DNA of 64,000 bases from an uncultured delta proteobacterium. GTDB taxonomy: Bacteria > Myxococcota_A > Polyangia > Polyangiales > Polyangiaceae. Shown piece by piece: positions 43,693 to 52,423 of the stretch. Location: contig CAWDXG010000001.1 in assembly GCA_963806225.1 (NCBI GenBank), positions 1,664,001-1,728,000 of the forward strand. Direction: 5' to 3'. Under the pieces are notes generated by a model, which had not been told where the DNA came from, ran no database searches, and saw only the letters and a list, made by a program, of their open reading frames with translations. Each line of letters begins with the position of its first letter. The first letter of the stretch is position 1. The position numbers and the translations under genes were made by a program.

Positions 43693-44118
43693 TCAGCGCT
43701 GTTCGCGGTGCAGCGGGACGGGCTGGGGGGGCGGAATTGCGCGCGAGGAGGCGGGCGGCGGATAGGCCGAGGACGCGGGCGGCGGGGCCGGCATAGGGTA
43801 GCCGCTGGCCGGCGCCGGTCCGCGCACGCCGGGCGCCGCACACACGATGCTGACGTTCTGCGGAGTGTAGATCTCCATGGTGAGGTACTGGACGAGCAGA
43901 CGGCCGAAGCCGGTCTTGACGTACAGCTCCGCCCAGCCGCCTGGACAGGTCTTCGACAGGTCGTAGGGTCCGCTGGTCTCGATCAGCCCGCCGAGGAAGC
44001 CGCTGTGCCAGTGGTTCTCGACCACGGCACGGCCGGGCGGCACGCCGGCGTAGACGCTGGTGCGGAAGCAGCCGGTCGCGCACAGCCCCAGCAGGACTGC
44101 CAGTGCCAGCCGCCTCAT
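43693..44118 (-). CDS. Bor/Iss-like lipoprotein
   Basis: Lipobox ATGC; FLGGL..CPGG..LTMEIYTPQNVSIVC. Confidence 0.7.
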   Translation of the reverse strand: MRRLALAVLLGLCATGCFRTSVYAGVPPGRAVVENHWHSGFLGGLIETSGPYDLSKTCPGGWAELYVKTGFGRLLVQYLTMEIYTPQNVSIVCAAPGVRGPAPASGYPMPAPPPASSAYPPPASSRAIPPPQPVPLHREQR

Positions 44119-44453
44119 CGGGGCTTCTCCGGGCCGCAGGTAATGTAGACGCGGCGGGGTGCGTAGATGCCGACGGTCAGGACGGTGAGCAGGGCCGTCT
44201 TGAAATCCTCGGTTGTCTCGACCTCGTGAACGCGCCCGGACGGGCAGTAGTCACGGATATCGATGCGGGCGTGGCCCACCAGTCCGGCGAGATAGAACTT
44301 CGACCACGCCGCGTGTTCCTTGCCGGCCGGCACCCTGGGGTCGCGGAACGTGGCGTGGCAGCCGCAGAGCGTGGCCACGGCGAGCGCACCGAGCAGCAGG
44401 CGGCCACGGTGCCGCGCGGATCGTGGACGGCGATGCGTGCTCGAATCGGACAT
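44115..44453 (-). CDS. Bor/Iss-like lipoprotein
   Basis: Lipobox LCGC; FYLAGLVG..CPSG..LTVGIYAPRRVYITC; ATGA overlap with next gene. Confidence 0.7.
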   Translation of the reverse strand: MSDSSTHRRPRSARHRGRLLLGALAVATLCGCHATFRDPRVPAGKEHAAWSKFYLAGLVGHARIDIRDYCPSGRVHEVETTEDFKTALLTVLTVGIYAPRRVYITCGPEKPR

Positions 44454-44537
44454 GAGCCCGGGCCACGTCATATCACGGGCGTCATGCCTCACGAGCGAAG
44501 CTGTGACATCCGGCTTCGGGAGGCGTAGATCCGGGGC

Positions 44538-45086
44538 ATGAGCGGCCTCGATGTAGTGGGTCCTTCTCTGCCGGATATTGCGCGGGAGGCGATCCGGACG
44601 CGGCTTTCCAGCGGTCAGCGGCTGGTGATCCGCCGGCTCGAGGCTCCGGCGGCGCCGGTGTTCGTCACCTTGCGTAGCCCGGACGGGAGCCTGCGCGGCT
44701 GTATCGGGTCGCTGGTCGCTGCCGAGCGCGACGTCGCCCAGGAAACCGCGCGTAGCGCCGTTCTGGCGGCCACGCGCGATCCGCGCTTCCCCGAAGTCAC
44801 CGCCGAGGAGCTGCCCGGCCTGCACATCGAGGTGAGCGTGCTCATGCCGGAGGAGCCCATTTCGGGCATCTCCGAGCTGGACCCCGCGCGCTATGGCGTC
44901 GTGGTGCGCGACGGATTCGGGCGCCAGGGACTGCTGCTTCCAGACGTTCCCGGCGTGACCGACGCGGCGATGCAGGTCGAGATCGCGCGCCGCAAGGCGG
45001 GCATCGAACCCGAAGCGCGCGTCACGCTCAGGCGCTTTGAAGTCAGGAAGTTCGAGGAACCGCGCGGCCGGGCAGGGTTGGCGTAG
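44538..45086 (+). CDS. AMMECR1-domain protein (AmmeMemoRadiSam protein A)
   Basis: VFVTL..LRGCIGS, DPRF, IEVSVL, GLLLPD. Confidence 0.88.
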   Translation: MSGLDVVGPSLPDIAREAIRTRLSSGQRLVIRRLEAPAAPVFVTLRSPDGSLRGCIGSLVAAERDVAQETARSAVLAATRDPRFPEVTAEELPGLHIEVSVLMPEEPISGISELDPARYGVVVRDGFGRQGLLLPDVPGVTDAAMQVEIARRKAGIEPEARVTLRRFEVRKFEEPRGRAGLA

Positions 45087-45288
45087 CGTCGAGGCCTACG
45101 GGAGCGCGACCAGGGTCCGCCGAGAACGGGTCTTGCTCCGTGCGCCTCGGCTGGAACCGGGCGCGTTGCGACAACACCCGAGGTGGAAGTCTATTCCCTT
45201 CGCACCTGGATTCCCACCGACGTGGGCGACGTTCCGGGCGCATTGCTGTTCGTCGCTTGCGTGGGGTGGGTGGCAGCCATAGCCTGCA

Positions 45289-47280
45289 TTGCCTTCCTTG
45301 GATCCGTCCTACCTCGATCAAGAGCTGCTTGCCGTCCTCGAGCGTGCCTTCGCGCACCACGCCGGCGCCGACGGCGTGATCGACTTTGCCGATCTGAAGA
45401 AAGCGCTCAGGCTGAAGAGCGACTACCTGGCTCAGCGCATGCTCAAGCTGTTCGACCTGAACGGCGACGGCTACATCACGCGCGACGAGTTCCTCGCCGG
45501 CGTGCGTGCGCTCGTCTTCGGCTCCGATCGAGACAAGCTCTACTTCGCGTTCCGCCTGCACGATCACGACGGCGACGGCAGCATCAGCCAGCAGGAGCTG
45601 CTCAGGATGATCTCGCTCAGCCTGGCCGAGAGCGAAATTGCGGAGAAGCTGTCGCAGCCGCCGGAGTACCTGAGCCGCGCGCTGATGTCGGTCGCCGACA
45701 CCAACCGCGACGGACGGCTGTCATTCGACGAGTTCGTGCGCGCGGCGATGGCGCGGCCCGAGCTGCTGCGCAAGATGACCCGGAACGAGGCGATCTGGAT
45801 CGCTCCCAACGAGGAGCTGCTCGTGCTCGTCGACGAGCGCGCCGCGGGCATGAAGCTCGGGGGTTCCAGTCTGGAGCACGGCGTCGCGCCGTACGTGTTG
45901 CTCGGCCTGTTCGCTTTCGCGATCATCGGCATCTTCACCGCGAGCATGATCCTGGGCGGCGCCTTCGTAACCGAAAATCCGCTGATGCAGGCAGGGCGCG
46001 CCTCCGGGCTGTGCCTCGATTTCGCCGGCGCGCTGATCCTGGTCCCGATGATGCGGCGGCTCCTCACGTGGGTACGCTCGACCTGGCTCGGGCGCGTGAT
46101 CCCGGTCGACGAGTCCGTCGACTTCCACCGCGTCGTCGGCCACTCGCTGTTCTTCCTGGGCCTGTTCCACGCGGGTATGTTCATCGCGGCGTTCGCCGTG
46201 GGCCACACGCCGTCGTCGGCTGCGGGCTTTTTCGAGAGCGAGCGCTTCCTCACCGGTGGCGCCCTGATCGTCGTCTTCGCGATCATGTGGCTGTTCTCGC
46301 TGTCGTTCATCCGCAAGAGCCACCGCTTCGAGCTCTTCGCCACCACGCACCTCCTGTGGATAGCGTGGTTCGTGCTGGCCATCGCTCACGCGCCCTCGTT
46401 TGCGCTCTGGACGGGCGTTCCGCTGCTGGGCTTTCTGGTCGAGCAGGTGGTGCGCCTATCGCGTCGCGCGCCGGCAAGTCCGGTCGTCAGCAGCCGGCCG
46501 CAACGCTCTGGCGTGACGCGACTCGAGATTGCGCGTCCGCCCGGCTTCGACGCCAGCGCGGGCGACTACGTGTTTCTGCGCGTGCCCGCCATCGCCAAGC
46601 ACGAGTGGCACCCGTTCACCATCTCCAGCGCACCCGAGCGGCAGACGCTGACGTTCCACGTGCGCTCGCTCGGCAACTGGACGGCGGCGCTCAGGCAGCG
46701 TGTGGAACAGCGCCCCGACGAGCCCGGGCTCGTCGCGTACGTCGACGGTCCCTACGGCTCACCGAGCGCGCACATCTTCAAGTCGCGCTTCGCAGTGATG
46801 ATCGGTGCGGGCATCGGCGTGACGCCGTTCGCCAGCGTGCTCGAGAGCATCGTGCTGCGCGCCTACGGCCATGGCAGTCGCCCGTCGAACCTGCAGAAGG
46901 TGCACTTCTTCTGGCTGAACCGCGACCAGTACTCGTTCGAGTGGTTTTCGGCGCTGCTCACCGAGCTCGAGAAGATCGATCTCCGGGGCCTGCTCGAGAT
47001 CCACCTGTGCATGACCGGCGCGCGCAGCGGCGCGACCGCGATGGGGCTGGAGATCGCCCGGGAGGTCATGCACGCCTGGGGGCGGAGCGACCTCATCACT
47101 GGGCTCCGCACCCACACCCACGTGGGGCCGCCGGACTGGGAAGCGATGCTGGGCCAGATCTGCGTCTGGCACCCCGACGAGGAAATCGACGTTTTCTTCT
47201 GCGGGCCGCCTGGCCTCGCGAGGAAGCTGCGCCCGGTCTGCGAACGGCTCGGAATGTCGTTCCGCGAGGAGCGCTTCTAG
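45289..47280 (+). CDS. EF-hand-containing NOX5-like flavocytochrome (NADPH oxidase / ferric reductase family)
   Basis: EF loops DLNGDGYITRDE, DHDGDGSISQQE, DTNRDGRLSFDE; six TM helices with heme His pairs; HEWHPFTISS, DGPYG, GAGIGVTPF, FCGP, terminal ERF; TTG start uncertain. Confidence 0.92.
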   Translation: MPSLDPSYLDQELLAVLERAFAHHAGADGVIDFADLKKALRLKSDYLAQRMLKLFDLNGDGYITRDEFLAGVRALVFGSDRDKLYFAFRLHDHDGDGSISQQELLRMISLSLAESEIAEKLSQPPEYLSRALMSVADTNRDGRLSFDEFVRAAMARPELLRKMTRNEAIWIAPNEELLVLVDERAAGMKLGGSSLEHGVAPYVLLGLFAFAIIGIFTASMILGGAFVTENPLMQAGRASGLCLDFAGALILVPMMRRLLTWVRSTWLGRVIPVDESVDFHRVVGHSLFFLGLFHAGMFIAAFAVGHTPSSAAGFFESERFLTGGALIVVFAIMWLFSLSFIRKSHRFELFATTHLLWIAWFVLAIAHAPSFALWTGVPLLGFLVEQVVRLSRRAPASPVVSSRPQRSGVTRLEIARPPGFDASAGDYVFLRVPAIAKHEWHPFTISSAPERQTLTFHVRSLGNWTAALRQRVEQRPDEPGLVAYVDGPYGSPSAHIFKSRFAVMIGAGIGVTPFASVLESIVLRAYGHGSRPSNLQKVHFFWLNRDQYSFEWFSALLTELEKIDLRGLLEIHLCMTGARSGATAMGLEIAREVMHAWGRSDLITGLRTHTHVGPPDWEAMLGQICVWHPDEEIDVFFCGPPGLARKLRPVCERLGMSFREERF

Positions 47281-47281
47281 G

Positions 47282-47983
47282 ATGAGGCGCATCGCGATGC
47301 TGCTGGCGGCCGCGCTCGCTTGTGCGTGCGAGACGACACCGACGCTCGACGTGCAGCCCGCGCCGACGACCGGCAGTGCCGGCGAGTGCGCGACCTGCCA
47401 CACGGCGGAGTTCGAGTCGGCGCGGCACCACGAGGGCGAGAAACCGACGACGTGTGGTGTCTGTCACTCGCAGAGCAGCTGGCATCCCATGCCGCAGCTC
47501 CGCCACAACTTTCCCCTGACCGGCGCGCACGCCAAGGCCTCGTGCTTCTACTGTCACAAGGGCCAGCCGCGCGTGTTCCTCGGCACGCCGCACGAGTGCT
47601 ACGGCTGCCATCGCGCCGACTACGAGAAAGCTCCGCGCCACGTCGAGAAGCATTTTTCGACTGCGTGCGAGGAGTGCCACACCACGACTGCGTGGAAGTC
47701 GCTGCTGCCGCGCGCTGCGGCAACCACGCCCGAGCCCGCGCCCGTGGAGACGAGCACAGCGCGATCGCCCGCAAAGCCCGCGCCGCGGCCCACCTCGAAG
47801 CCGCGTCCGACGCCGCGTCCGACAGCCACACCACGTCCGACCGCGACAGCTTGGCCGACCGCGACGCCGACGCCGACGCCGGCCCCTACGCCCAGGCCCG
47901 CACCCACGCCGGATCCCAGGCCCGCGCCCACGCTGACGTCGCGCCCGCCCGACGTGACGTCCGGCGCCAGCTCGCACCGCTAG
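47282..47983 (+). CDS. Pentaheme cytochrome c lipoprotein with Pro/Thr-rich tail
   Basis: Lipobox-like LACAC; five CxxCH motifs (CATCH, CGVCH, CFYCH, CYGCH, CEECH); FPLTGAH. Confidence 0.88.
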   Translation: MRRIAMLLAAALACACETTPTLDVQPAPTTGSAGECATCHTAEFESARHHEGEKPTTCGVCHSQSSWHPMPQLRHNFPLTGAHAKASCFYCHKGQPRVFLGTPHECYGCHRADYEKAPRHVEKHFSTACEECHTTTAWKSLLPRAAATTPEPAPVETSTARSPAKPAPRPTSKPRPTPRPTATPRPTATAWPTATPTPTPAPTPRPAPTPDPRPAPTLTSRPPDVTSGASSHR

Positions 47984-48066
47984 ACGCCAGCCGACGAGCT
48001 TCGCCGGGAGCGCGACGCTCGCCCATCCGAGACGGCGCGGCCCGTCTGCGGTAGAACTGCCGCGTC

Positions 48067-48804
48067 ATGCGCGGCTTGCTGATCGTTGCGATCGGGATGG
48101 CGTCGTGCGCAACGCGCGCCCCGGCCATGAGCGAGACGGCTTCGAGCAAGGCGGTCGCGACGCGAGGTGAGGCGGGAGCAGCTCATCCCGTGCCGGGGAC
48201 AGACGACTCTGCAGCAGTTTTGCCGACCGCATCGGCTGAACCGACTGCAATCGCCGCGCCGGCTGCACCGACCGGATCGCCCACATCGAACGCGCCGCCT
48301 GCACCGGCCCCGACGCCGACTGCGGCAGTGCGTGAAGAAGTGGGCTTCTGCGCGCACGACTGCACGGTGGTCTGGAGCGCGCACGGCTCGGGGGCGATCA
48401 AGAGCGCGCGGCTGATCGCCGAGTCGCGCGGAGGTACGTGGCGCCTCGGGACGGGCGTGCCCGCACTCTTCGACATCGAGATCACGACCGCGGCGGGGAA
48501 GTTCGTTGCGCGAGGCGTGAGCGCGCAGGAGGGCCTTCGCGAGACGTATGCAGAGGGCGCGAGCCCGCGGCATTTCCGGATCAGGAAGCTGGGGGGAGTC
48601 GAGCGCGTCGTCGCGACTTTCGGCGAGCAGGTTTCCGGTTCGCGCGGCTACCAGGCCAACTGGCGGGTCCTTGTCGTCTGCGGTCTCGGTACCGCCGGCA
48701 CACCCGCATGCTACGTGCTGAACGACGGAGCCCTGCTACCAAGCGGCGACCTCGAAGTGGGCCCCCCCAACGCAAGGCGCCGCTTCACGCCGACTTTCCG
48801 GTAG
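48067..48804 (+). CDS. Hypothetical lipoprotein
   Basis: MRGLLIVAIGMASC leader, Ala/Pro linker, small Cys-containing domain. Confidence 0.5.
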   Translation: MRGLLIVAIGMASCATRAPAMSETASSKAVATRGEAGAAHPVPGTDDSAAVLPTASAEPTAIAAPAAPTGSPTSNAPPAPAPTPTAAVREEVGFCAHDCTVVWSAHGSGAIKSARLIAESRGGTWRLGTGVPALFDIEITTAAGKFVARGVSAQEGLRETYAEGASPRHFRIRKLGGVERVVATFGEQVSGSRGYQANWRVLVVCGLGTAGTPACYVLNDGALLPSGDLEVGPPNARRRFTPTFR

Positions 48805-48840
48805 ACCGCGCACCTCGTAGCTGGCGCCGGAGTCCGCCTC

Positions 48841-49662
48841 CGCGTCAAGCCCTCCTGCCCGGAGGCGGCGCGCCCGCGGCGCATGCCCTCAAGAGCGAAC
48901 ACGTCGCGCGCGTGAGCGACGTGGGGACGCTCGACAACGGCGCTCCGTACACACGGCCTTGACCTGCCAGCGGGTTTCGAGTCGGTGCTGCTCAAGTGTC
49001 GGGAGAAGGACCCCGACGCACGTTTCCGGAACGTGGCGGAGTTGGCCGCGGCGCTCGTCGAGTTCGGTCCCAAACAAGCGCGTGCTTCGGCCGAGCGTAT
49101 CTCGAACGTGCTGCAGATTGCGGGGGTGTCGACCCAGGCTATTGCGTTTCCGCCTTCTTTCGCGGCGCCGGCAGCGCCTGCGCCGGCAGTGCAAGCCGCC
49201 CAGAGCGCCGGCGGCGTCGCACCGTGGGGAAACACCGCGATTCCGGGTGAGCGGCGCAGGGGGCGAGCGGTCATCGTGGCGGCGGTGGTGGCGATAGGCG
49301 CGATTGCAGCAGGCGCGCTCGCGTTGCACTCGGGAGCCAGCAGTGCGCCGGCGGCGGCCAGCGCGCCGGCAGCAGCAGCCCAGCCTGCGCTTCCCGAGGT
49401 AGCAGCTGCCGCTCCGCAAGTCGCCCCGATGGGTTCCACGCCGGACCGACAGACTCCGCACGTTGATTCAGCGGCCCCGGTCCAGTCCGTCGCCGCCGAG
49501 GCCGAGCCACCCGCTCGCGCCCCCACGAAGACAAGCCCCAAGAACAAACCGAAGCCTGCGGTCGCTACCGCTTTGCGGCCACCTGCAACGAAGCCTGCGC
49601 CCGTCGCGAGGCCCGCGCGCAACAAACCATCCGTTGATTCGCTGATCGACGAACGCCAGTGA
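48841..49662 (+). pseudogene. Internally deleted Ser/Thr kinase remnant
   Basis: LKSEHVARVSDVGTLDNGAPY jumps directly to DLPAGFESVLLKCREKDPDARF; catalytic loop, DFG and APE are missing; TM and Pro-rich tail retained. Confidence 0.75.
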
Positions 49663-50657
49663 GCACGATGAACCACCGTACCGTTGCTACCGCTCTCCTC
49701 TTGATCCTTGTCTCGAGCTCCCAGCTCGCCTTCGCCGGCGACCCCGTGCTGGCCGAGGCCCTGTTCCACGATGGCAAGGCACAGATGAAGAAGGGCAACT
49801 ACGCCGCCGCCTGCCCGAAGCTGGCGGAAAGCTACAAGCAGGACCCCGCAACGGGAACGTTGCTCGCACTGGCGGTGTGCCAGGACTGAGCCGGCAAGAC
49901 TGCAAGCGCGTGGGCGACGTACGGCGAGGTGGCGGCGCGAGCGAAGCGCGAAGGACAGAAGAAGCGCGAGCAGGCCGCGCGCGATCGCATGAAGGCGCTC
50001 GGTCCATTGGGTGTCGGGACGACGCAGGCCATCGAGGCCGGTAGCTATACCGAGCTCTTCGAAATCGACGGGATGAAGGACTTCGCCGGGTCCCTGGACC
50101 AGAACGGACTGGTCGGGGCAGTGTATGTGGGAACGGACAACAGCCAGCAGAAGTTATTCGACGGCTCGGACAATTGGGCCGTGGCCTACGAATCGGTAGT
50201 GGGCGGGGACATCAACACGCCCGCCGTCAGGTTCTCCAATTCGTACATGTCGGGAGGGACCTGGGTCAGCGGCGACAAGGTGGACTTCGAACTGCCCCTC
50301 ACGATCTACGGCTACACCATATGTCTGCCCATCCATGGCGCGGTCGTCACCATGCAGTTCCAGGGAAACTTCCCAAATGCCACGGCGATCAACGGCATCA
50401 TAGCCGGGCACGTCGCCGCGGAAGACGTGGTCGACGCCATCAGCAGCTCCTACGGCAACAACCCGACGCTGAACGGGGTCCTCGACGAGGTCCGCGCAGA
50501 CAGCGGCCTCATGGTGGATGGCACTAGCAGCGATTCGACCAAGACCTGCGACGCCATCAGCATCGGCCTGGGGTTCGACGGGGTGAACGCAGCGGCAAGT
50601 ACCGTAGCGGCCCCGAGGACGCCGTCGAATCCGTGTAGCGACGCCGGCACGAATTGA
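49659..50657 (+). pseudogene. TPR-type exported protein with in-frame TGA (49887-49889), fused to the C-terminus of an apparently different secreted protein
   Basis: [43 protein letters not shown] continues in the same frame as ORF 49929..50657, which ends CDAISIGLGFDG. Confidence 0.65.
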
Positions 50658-50703
50658 ACCGCCGCACACCGAGAGGCGGGGCTCGGGCTCTTGATCCGGT
50701 TTG

Positions 50704-50775
50704 TGGGCGCAGCAGGGATCGAACCTGCGACTTCGTCCGTGTGAAGGACGCACTCTACCGCTGAGTTATGCGCCC
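50704..50775 (-). tRNA. tRNA-Val(CAC), CCA not encoded
   Basis: Reverse complement GGGCGCATAACTCAGCGGTAGAGTGCGTCCTTCACACGGACGAAGTCGCAGGTTCGATCCCTGCTGCGCCCA folds into a cloverleaf with anticodon CAC and GTTCGA T-loop. Confidence 0.95.
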
Positions 50776-50951
50776 GGCGGGGCCATCGCGGCGGCCCGCC
50801 AGCGTTGCCTCTGGGGGCAACGGCCGCGCTACATAGCGCGGCCTGCGCCGCTCCGCAATCGACCTCCGCCGCCGGGGGGCGACCGTGCCGGGCGTCGGGC
50901 CGGGTCAGCCGGCTGCCGCAGCAGCGGGCTTGGTGTTATAGGGGCGACCCC

Positions 50952-51653
50952 ATGACTGAAATTGGACCGGAGCAGCGGGAGGCCCGCCGCCGGCGTGACC
51001 GCGCGATCGGTCTCGTGATCATCAGCGTGACGTTCGCGATCGCGCTCGCGGTTTCGTGGTGGGCGCGCCGCGCTTCGCGACCCGAGCTGAGCAAGCCGCC
51101 TGCGCCGCCCACCACCGCTGGCATCGTCGGTTTCCCGAAGGCCGTGGATCCGGTCAAGTCGCTGCCCGCGGCGCGGAAGATCACGGAGCGCTCGATCCTG
51201 CGCGGTATCACCGCCGAAGGCGTGTCGAGCGACGGCACCGTGGACGTTACCAGCAAGTCCGGGCGCATCCGCTACGTCTTCCAGAGCTCGCCGGGCGCGG
51301 GGCCGCAGCCCAAGCGGCCGCCGGGGACGCTGCCCCGCCGCCCGTACTGCGGCAAGCAGACGGTGCACCTGCGCGCGAAGGGGCTCTACGACGATCCGGA
51401 TGTGCCGGGCTATCCGTGCTCGCCGCAGCACTACGACGAGCTGCCCGAGCCGCGCTGCAGCATGAAGGACGTCTGGCAGCATGCGATCGCGAAGGGAGCG
51501 CCGAAGGATCATCGCGCGCGCATCGAGTACTACCGCGCGCATGCAGGGCCCGCGTGGAGGTTCGACCTTCCCGGGACGCCCTACCGCTTCAGCCTCTACG
51601 GGGACTGCGGGCGCGAGCTCAAGGGCGCCGACGCGACCACCATCTTCCCTTGA
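50952..51653 (+). CDS. Hypothetical membrane-anchored protein
   Basis: MTEIGPEQ start, one TM helix, four-Cys extracytoplasmic domain. Confidence 0.65.
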   Translation: MTEIGPEQREARRRRDRAIGLVIISVTFAIALAVSWWARRASRPELSKPPAPPTTAGIVGFPKAVDPVKSLPAARKITERSILRGITAEGVSSDGTVDVTSKSGRIRYVFQSSPGAGPQPKRPPGTLPRRPYCGKQTVHLRAKGLYDDPDVPGYPCSPQHYDELPEPRCSMKDVWQHAIAKGAPKDHRARIEYYRAHAGPAWRFDLPGTPYRFSLYGDCGRELKGADATTIFP

Positions 51654-51656
51654 GCT

Positions 51657-52328
51657 TCAGCTGGGCGGCGGAGTCGCGGAGGGCGCGTTCTCCGCGCCGA
51701 CCTGGGCCGCGCGGCGCACCCAGCCGAGGAGCTCCGCGCGTCCGGTGCCGGTGTGTGCCGAGAAGCCGAGTGCGCGGATGCCGCTTGCGCGCATGAGCTT
51801 CGACAGCGCCGGCTTCCGTGCCGAGGACGCGAGCCTGTCCAGCTTGGTGGCGACCACCAGGGTACCGAGCGGCGGTCGGGAGGTCCGGGCTGGGCTGCCG
51901 AGCATCTCGAGCAGGTCGCGGTCGTCGGGCTCGACGCCGCGCCGTACGTCGACGAGCACGACGACGGCCCGCAGCGTCGGTCGCTCGAGCAGGTAGCCCT
52001 CGATCAGATCGGCCCAGTGCCGTTTCTCCGTCTTGGAGCGCTTCGCGTAGCCGTAGCCCGGCAGGTCAGCTAGCGTGAGCACGACGCCGTCGGCGGCTCG
52101 CGTGCGATAGAGCGAGATCTGCCGCGTGCAGCCCGGGGTGGAGCTGGTGCGGACCAGATTCCTGCGCTCCATGAGACAGTTGAGCAGGCTGCTCTTGCCC
52201 ACGTTGGAGCGCCCGGCGAACGCGATTTCGACACCGACCGGCGGCGGCAGCTCGCCTGGCGCCTTGGCACCGGCCACGAACTCCGCCTCGACAATCCGGG
52301 TTTCGCTGGGTTTTGCGGCAGTGGGCAC
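51657..52328 (-). CDS. engB: Ribosome biogenesis GTP-binding protein YihA/YsxC
   Basis: GRSNVGKSS, SSTPGCT, DLPGYGYA, TKLD. Confidence 0.92.
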   Translation of the reverse strand: MPTAAKPSETRIVEAEFVAGAKAPGELPPPVGVEIAFAGRSNVGKSSLLNCLMERRNLVRTSSTPGCTRQISLYRTRAADGVVLTLADLPGYGYAKRSKTEKRHWADLIEGYLLERPTLRAVVVLVDVRRGVEPDDRDLLEMLGSPARTSRPPLGTLVVATKLDRLASSARKPALSKLMRASGIRALGFSAHTGTGRAELLGWVRRAAQVGAENAPSATPPPS

Positions 52329-52423
52329 GGGCGGAGTGTTGCCTGCCTGGCGCCCCGCGGCCAGTGCTGGCGGAGCCCCGCCGCCTCGCGCTACACTCGG
52401 TGGTGGTGTCTTCGCTTCGACCG

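Noticed and set aside
49887..49889. In-frame TGA as selenocysteine or programmed readthrough
   Set aside because: The position is not a catalytic Cys site, no SECIS-like hairpin was evident, and the surrounding genes are decayed; a nonsense mutation is simpler
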